From contig OX597816.1 of assembly GCA_951406725.2 (NCBI GenBank), positions 6,386,001 to 6,450,000 on the forward strand: DNA of 64,000 nt, in the 5' to 3' direction. Shown one piece after another: positions 56,458 through 64,000 of the stretch. Under the pieces are notes generated by a model, which searched no databases, was not told the origin of the DNA, and was given only the letters and a program-made list of their open reading frames with translations. Position numbers and translations under genes: made by a program. The first letter of the stretch is position 1, and each line of letters begins with the position of its first letter. The DNA comes from Octopus vulgaris. Lineage: Eukaryota.

Positions 56458-56512
<55 letters not shown>

Positions 56513-56670
56513 GGTGGTCGTTGGTGTGAACAATAACGTGATTACCTGGAATGCGATAGCTGCGATTTTCTAGTCGAGTAGGAAGGCTTGGTTTTCTTTC
56601 TGTTTCAAGTTAATGCTTATTTGTGTGTTTACATGAATGTGTATGTGTGTGTATGCGTGTGTGTGTGTGT

Positions 56671-56751
<81 letters not shown>

Positions 56752-56844
56752 CGTACATACATCCATATTGTTAATGTAGTAAAAAATGATAAACAGTCGA
56801 GAGAGCATTAAAATAATTTTTTTTTTATATGGAATTGAAACTCA

Positions 56845-57720
56845 AAATAAAAGAAGCAACAGCCTGGGCGCTTAACAAAACACTGGAATCCAAGCTAGAT
56901 GGAACTTACACTGAATGTTATAAGAGCAGTCTTAAACATATTTTGAAGAACTCAGGCCATCAAAAATCAACTTGATGGAGATCTCCTGCCTGATATGGCC
57001 CAGCTGGAGTTTTCTTCCAATGTGTGTTTGTGTGTGTGCCTGTGTGTGTAGTGAACAGTTTATCCAGTTTGTGCTTCAGCTATATATCTTTATAATGCAT
57101 TTTATATCATAATACTAGCAGAATCGCCCGGCGTTGCTCGGGTTTGTTTTGACCCCTTAGAATTGGAAGTTTTGAAAAGTAAAAATGTTGCATTATGTAG
57201 CTTGTTATTCTCTTTAAGTGAACATTTTTCTGCTTGAAATACACCGAAAAATTGCGACACAGCAGTCAAAAAATCGTAAAAAAATGGATTTTCATAGAAA
57301 AAAGCACCTTTTTGATGTAAATAATTTTTGGTGTTAACATGGTCCGATTTGAATTTTATCTTCTACGGAAGGAAGAGCAAGCCTTCTTCTATCATATTCT
57401 CAGTTTTAGTCAACTTGTGCTGCAGGGTCTCGGAGGAGACAGTGTTAGTTGAAGGCTACTAAACCTGCCATACACAGACAACTTCAGCTTTATATATATA
57501 GATTGTTTTATAATGTATTAATGGTTAGTCCACTCTAAGGCAAAGTCGTTGAGCTTTGTGGGAAATTGCTGGCGAGCTGAACAAGAACTACCAAGTGGCG
57601 TATTGCTATGGATGTCAAAGCATGGTCGTACTCGAACTGGTCGTCTGAACACTAGATGCCTCCCCGAAGACCTTCCTTAACTAATGCAGGAGCGAGATGG
57701 CTGGCGTATGCGGGTTCAAA
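56845..57720 (+). mobile_element. Proto2/RTE-like LINE RT C-terminal remnant, split by nested insertions
   Basis: AWALNKTLESKLDGTYT...RAVLNI at 56855-56990, resuming at about 57532 with LSFVGNCWRAEQELPSGVLLW...GRTRTGR. Confidence 0.65.
57115..57502 (-). mobile_element. Non-autonomous Helitron
   Basis: TC...CTAG ends and the same terminal hairpin, with a different body. Confidence 0.8.
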
Positions 57721-57736
57721 ATGTCTGAGTGAGCTT

Positions 57737-57807
<71 letters not shown>

Positions 57808-58121
57808 TTCTTTACTGCCCACAAGGGGCTCAACACAGAGAGAACAAACAAGGACAGAGAAACGGATCAAGTGGATTAGATCGACCCCGAAAGGATGAAA
57901 GGCAAAGTCGACCTCGGCGGAATGTGAGCTCAGAACGTAATGGCAGACGAAATACGGCTACGCATTTCGCCCGGCGTGCTAACGTTTCTGCCATCTCGCC
58001 GCCTTACACAGACACACAAACTATATATATAATTGAAATTTACAGAAAAAATAAAAGACAACAACAGGTGTATGAACAACAAGCAGATGTATTAGTTTGA
58101 CACTCGAGAAGGTGAGAAGGT

Positions 58122-58157
58122 CTTTAATGTTTCGAACCTATGCTCTTCAGCAGAAAG
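58122..58157 (-). ncRNA. Degenerate minimal hammerhead-like motif
   Basis: Minus strand reads CTTT CTGcTGA A GAGC atag GTTC GAAACATT AAAG. Confidence 0.45.
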
Positions 58158-58214
58158 GAATATGAGGAAATAAACAGAGGGAGAATAAAAAAAAAGTTGT
58201 GGATGACAACTACA

Positions 58215-58770
58215 AGACACACTCACACAAACACACCCACATATACACAGATACACACGCAAACACGCAAATACAACACAACCACACACACACGCGCGCT
58301 TGTATACACACATATGTACACACACAAACACAATATGCCCGATCCTCAGTAAAAAAAATCACACAAACACACACACACTCAAAGAAAAAAACAAACACAT
58401 ATACACACGCAATACAATCCCAACAATCGCAACAAATGCTCACAGATACACACACACACACATGCACACATGCATACACACACACGCACGCACACACACA
58501 CACACACACACAAATACAAGACACATAGACACACTCACACAAGCACGCCCGCACGTATACGCAAACACTGCACAAAAAATACAAACAAAACACTCAATAA
58601 TACACCCAAACATATGCACGCACCACACAGAATAATAACATACACACTTACACTCACACGTACACACACACTTCGCCACAACAAATATAGAACACACACA
58701 CAAACACACATGTGCACACACACCCGAAAACTACATAAACCACACCCACATATACACACACACACAAATA
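58215..58770. repeat. Old degenerate (CA)n tract
   Basis: Read directly. Confidence 0.85.
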
Positions 58771-58827
58771 TGCATATGTATGAATGTATGGGATACATGG
58801 TACATAATTTCAAATAAATTCTACGCG

Positions 58828-59076
58828 TATATGTATGCAAATCTTAGTAAATGCATTTGAGGTTTGAAAGACAGGAACATTAAGTACTATATAAAGTTAT
58901 CCATTATTAATTACACTTCATCATTCAATATTGGTAATTTGAAATGTGATCTTTGCCTCGAGGAAATATATCATATAATTAGTTCAAAATTAAAACCTTT
59001 ACATTATATAACAAGCCTTATGTTGAAATGTTCCCATAAATATAGAAAGGCATTTAAATATTTCAATAATAAATAA
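58828..59076 (+). pseudogene. C-terminal remnant of a different PLE GIY-YIG endonuclease
   Basis: ANLSKCI*GLKDRNIKYYIKLSII...KCDLCLEEIYHII...LMLKCSHK resembles the LSKxIWxLK...IKWSI...CxLCLxEK...KCRH ending I recall from invertebrate PLEs. Confidence 0.7.
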
Positions 59077-59156
59077 CGCTTCCGCTATAATAGCTTTTCC
59101 TATAAACTAAGAAGCATCAATTAAAGATGTAATTTTCTCTATTCTTGTTCATGTTG

Positions 59157-59245
<89 letters not shown>

Positions 59246-60020
59246 CATACATACATACATAAATATATGTATGTATGTAAACTAATGCATATATGAAATT
59301 GTATATATCTATTATAATAGATGCCACAACGTATTTCTGTTTGTCAGTCTGTCACACTTTGACCCCCTCCCTCTCTCACTAATTTATGAGATTTCTACTA
59401 CTCCTCATGATAGGGTGAGAGTAATAGTAGGCATAGAGACGGTGAGGGCGGTAGTAGATTGATGGTTGTGATGGTAATGGGGTGATAGTAATAGTTTGAG
59501 CTGTAGTTGTGATAGATATGGAGGCGACAGTGATGATGATGATGGTGGTGGTGGTAGCCGAGATAGTAAGGGTTGTGAAAGACAGTGGTGACGGTGGTAA
59601 AGGGGAAAGGTGTTTTTCACTCGATATAGAATGAGGAAGTTGGATGTTGAGGTAAAGAGGGAAGGAGTGGAAGGGGGGAATCTTTAATGAGTTTGGGATC
59701 ACAAAGAAGAAAAATAGTAAGTGCAAAATGTAATAAAAGAGTAAAAATGTAAAAAAGTAATGTAAAAAAATAAGTATATAAGTATATAAATAAATAAAGA
59801 TAAAGAAGCGAAAAAATAAAAGACGAAAATTAAAAATATAAAGGGATAAAAAACCTCCTCATTCTATATCGAGTGAAAAACGGTATGGACGCTTTGTTTT
59901 TAGTGTCTCGCTCTGCTGTATATGACTGTGAGGATTTGCATCCCCAACGAAACCCCTATTTTTCCCAAACTTCTCAAACCTGCTATAATGTAATACATGT
60001 CTTTGGTGTGGTAATTGTGC

Positions 60021-60107
60021 GCGGCTGAAGAAGGCTATTGACATACATGTTACATCAATTATGCATTGATATAAACTGTCCAATAAAGCCAGAAACATAT
60101 GTACCGC
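60021..60107 (+). ncRNA. Type I hammerhead-like motif with a long stem II
   Basis: GCGG CTGAAGA A GGCT...AGCC A GAA ACATATGT A CCGC: canonical core, palindromic stem III and a GUA triplet. Confidence 0.7.
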
Positions 60108-60136
60108 AAAATCCTTTGCATCCTGTTTTTCTTTTG

Positions 60137-60225
<89 letters not shown>

Positions 60226-60870
60226 GAAAGTTTACAAATTCCTTTTGCGGGATTTCTAGAATGTGACAGTTTATTTGCTTCGTTTTCCGCACTGTTCTCA
60301 CGAAACGTCGTCGTTCTGAACTGTTCCCGAACAATTCCCCCCAAAGAAAATAAAGAATTCTTCACCTGAAATGAATAACGTCTCGACAAGCAATTAATAT
60401 TCCAGTAATTTATGACCGAACATTTGCTAACATACTCTTTGTCTGATAGAATTCAGTCTTATTTAGAAAGTCTGTTAATAAAGTAAAAAAACCGATGACG
60501 TCTTTAAACGATTTACTGTTGAGGAATTCGTTTTATTTTTCGTGTGTATTTTCCCAAGTTTCTCTGCCTCCATTTGATGTACTTCTTTGATACAATCATG
60601 TTCCTTTTTTTTATATATTTAGTGCCTTTTCAGGACTTTTTCAGGGTCATTTTTCTTTCGTTTTTTTTTTCTTATTCTTTCCATATCTCCTTCGCTCGGT
60701 ATGTCTGTATCATCGTCACTATCTTCCTCTATATTTTCTCTTTTTCTCGTCTCTTAATTATTTATTCCGTTCTTATATTGATCCTTTTTGTTGTTTTATT
60801 CTTCCTTCATTATTGTGTTTTATTGTCGTTCTTTATATCTTTGTTTATTTATTTATTTATTTAATATCAA

Positions 60871-60937
<67 letters not shown>

Positions 60938-60974
60938 ATTGTTGTTATTATTATCATTATTATTATTATTATTA

Positions 60975-61030
<56 letters not shown>

Positions 61031-61033
<3 letters not shown>

Positions 61034-61363
61034 TAGTTTTATTTTTATAGCGTGCTTTCACTTCACTACTGAGCGCAGCTCTGTGTGCCTTGGGTATGTG
61101 CTGTGATTTGTTGTGATGCTCTGATGGTTATTGTATGGAAAGTGTTCTGCGTAGGATGTGTGCAGTGCCTAGTAGTGCAATTTTCTGTATGTTATATGTG
61201 TTTGTAAGTCCTGGTGTTTTTGTTATGTATTTGTCTGAATATTTTTTTATCATGCCTAATGCACCTACTATGATAGGAATTGTTTCTGTTTTCAGATTCC
61301 ACATTCTAGTTACCTCTATTTCCAGGTCTTTGTATTTTGAGAGTTTCTCCATTTCTTTTAGAA
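61031..61363 (-). mobile_element. R4/Dong-type LINE 3' fragment, same family as 5593-6136
   Basis: EKLSKYKDLEIEVTRMWNLKTETIPIIVGALG...GTAHILRRTLSIQ with a near-identical 3' UTR; (ATT)n on both sides. Confidence 0.92.
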
Positions 61364-61447
<84 letters not shown>

Positions 61448-61473
61448 GTTGTTGTTGTTGTTGTTGCTGTTGC

Positions 61474-61525
<52 letters not shown>

Positions 61526-61867
61526 ATTTTGCCTCTGGAATCAAATGAAGGCGTATTCTCGACCCATCAACAGAATCTTTGATCCGCTGTAGTTTACTCA
61601 ACTCCAATTTACGCTGGCAATCAGGAACCACTCCTTGCACAGGAAAAAAAGGAAAAACTTGTCCCGTACAGTCATGCATCCCACCACAGCTTCCTGCCGA
61701 AAACAATTCTTCTAGGCACAGCTGAAGGGGGGGGGCGGAATCTTAGGGGGCAAAATCCTAGTTTGACAACATCAATTGACTGGTGGCACACAGCGAACTT
61801 GCTACGCATGACAGAAAACAGAGACTAGTGGCACCCCAACCTACTAGCTGAATCAGTTAAGGGATGT

Positions 61868-61928
61868 CGATGATGATGAGGAGGAGGAGGGGAGAACGAT
61901 GAGGGTGATAAGGATGAGGATGAGGATG

Positions 61929-61971
<43 letters not shown>

Positions 61972-62557
61972 GGGTGATGATGACGAGGGAGATGATAATG
62001 ATGATGATGATGATAGGCGCAGGAGTGGCTGTGTGGTAAGTATCTTGCTTACCAACCACATGGTTCCGGGTTCAGTCCCACTGCGTGGCATCTTGGGCAA
62101 GGGTCTTCAACTATAGCCTCGGGCCAACCAAAGCCTTGTGAGTGGATTTGGTAGACGGAAACTGAAAGAAGCCCGTCGTATATATGTATGTATATATATA
62201 TATGTTTGTGTGTCTGTGTTTGTCCCCCTAGCATTGCTTGACAACCGATGCTGGTGTGTTTACGTCCCCGTCACTTAGCGGTTCGGCAAAAGAGACCGAT
62301 AGAATAAGTACTGGGCTTACATATATAAGAATAAGTCCCGGGGTCGATTTGTTCGACTAAAGGCGGTGCTCCAGCATGGCCGCAGTCAAATGACTGAAAC
62401 AAGTAAAAGAGTAAAACGAGTATGATGATGATGGTGACGATGGTGATGATGATGATGATGATGAGGAGGAGGAGGAGGGTGATGATGATGATGATGATGA
62501 GGATGAGGATGAGGGTGATGGGGATGATGATGATGATGAGGGTGATGATGATGAGGG

Positions 62558-62593
<36 letters not shown>

Positions 62594-62888
62594 GGATGAT
62601 GATGATGAGGATGATGATGAGGGATGATGATGATGATGAGGAGGATGAGGATGGGGGTGATGGGGATGATGATGATGAGGGTGATGAGGATAATGATGAT
62701 GAGGATGATGATGATGAGGAGGAGGAGGAGGAGGGTGATGATGATGATGATGATGGGGGTGATGAGGATGATGATGAGGGTGATGAGGATGATGATGATG
62801 ATGGTCGTGATGATGATGATGTTGTTGATGATGATGATGATGATGATGATGATGAGGATGATGATGATGATGAGGGTGATGACGATGA
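61868..62888. repeat. (GAT)n/(GAG)n compound microsatellite split by a SINE
   Basis: The same GAT/GAG/GGT units lie on both sides of 62014-62420. Confidence 0.9.
62014..62420 (+). mobile_element. SINE family A, full length, inside a (GAT)n tract
   Basis: Aligns to 7708-8128. Confidence 0.9.
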
Positions 62889-62929
62889 AAGCATTAAGAA
62901 ATTCGTGAACATCACAACATCCGATTCCC

Positions 62930-62989
<60 letters not shown>

Positions 62990-63584
62990 AACAACCATAC
63001 AGCTAATTATACATTTCACGTCTCCAATTGCAACACTCCAATCAATCGAACTCTATCATATTTGCACAAAATAAATACAATAATAGCCGATTGATTTTTC
63101 GTTGGTATACTTTCAAGTTTCCCCACTTATAATGGCTGCCGTCCTTTCAAAACAAGTTCGAGCTTTTTGTTGTTGTTTTTTTTTGGCTACTTTTGCTGTT
63201 TTTTATTGCATTTTTATGTTTATCTTACTATATTTTTATCCCTATTAGACGTTGCCACTTTCTCTGCTCATTGTTCAAAGCATGAATATATAATCTGCTG
63301 GTCAGCCGTGTTTGATGTTGTTGCAAAAACATGTTATATTTGCTGGTGTTTCTATTCGGCTTTGGCTGTAGGCCACGAATTCTGGGGAGATGGCTATAGG
63401 AGGCGCTGATTCGGTTCCAATAAATGCTTCGTACTCATTGCACGGTCACTACGATGACACTGACTTCGGCGAGAAATGAACTTGCTGCCTGGGGGATAGA
63501 ACTGAAATTAGAAAAGCGTTTAGTCCGGTGATCTACCGATTCTACAGATCATCCCACCAAAATTTCGGTCATCATATTCCCCAC

Positions 63585-63712
63585 CATCGTCATCACCGTC
63601 GTCGTCGTCGTCATCATCAACGTCGTCGTCGTCATCGTCGTCATCGTCGTCGTCGTCGTCATCGTCATCGTTGTCGTCGTCATCATCAACGTCGTCGTCC
63701 TCGTCATCGTCG

Positions 63713-63744
<32 letters not shown>

Positions 63745-63916
63745 ATCGTCATCGTCGTCATCTTCATCGTCGTCGTCGTCGTTATCGTTATCGTCATCGT
63801 CAGCGTCGTCATTATCGTTGTCGTCATCGTCATGATCATCATCGTCGTCGTCGTTGTCATCGTCGTCGTCGTCGTCGTTGTCGTCGTCGTCGTCGTCGTC
63901 GTCGTCATCGTCATCG

Positions 63917-63951
<35 letters not shown>

Positions 63952-64000
63952 GTCATCGTCATCGTCATCGTCATCGTCGTCATCATCGTCGTCATCGTCG
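63585..64000. repeat. (GTC)n/(ATC)n compound microsatellite running off the window end
   Basis: Read directly. Confidence 0.9.

Noticed and set aside
61524-61725. Possible minus-strand exon after CCCCCTTCAG
   Set aside because: Unrecognised peptide and a weak donor site; not supportable.
62271-63006. Long acidic, Met-rich, Ser-rich or His-rich ORFs
   Set aside because: Translations of a compound (GAT)n tract that is split by a SINE; no non-repetitive coding context.
63521-64000. Minus-strand poly-Asp frame (GAC/GAT) as an acidic protein exon
   Set aside because: Indistinguishable from the trinucleotide microsatellites common in this window, and cut off by the window end. It needs RNA-seq.

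Overview
Eukaryotic, AT-rich, repeat-saturated non-genic DNA. The tRNA-type SINE families and dense (TA)n/(CATA)n/(ATT)n microsatellites look like octopus or another coleoid cephalopod (my recognition, not a database result). I found no convincing host protein-coding gene, and nearly all listed ORFs are microsatellite or SINE artefacts. The real coding remnants are all from mobile elements: Penelope-like elements (PLE), R4/Dong-type RLE LINEs, a CR1-type LINE, a Proto2/RTE-like LINE and mariner. Non-autonomous Helitrons and hAT MITEs are also present. The main structure is a 4.1-kb head-to-head inverted pair of 5'-truncated PLE copies (14662-18748) sitting in a (TA)n tract. Its 3' UTR carries a minimal type I hammerhead ribozyme with an unusual compensatory G3-C8 core (GUGAACA instead of CUGANGA), and that core is conserved in a diverged third copy at 31844. 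Seven further hammerhead-like motifs from other PLE-type tails are scattered through the window. A SINE family also forms multimers with one recurring junction, which suggests it targets itself.
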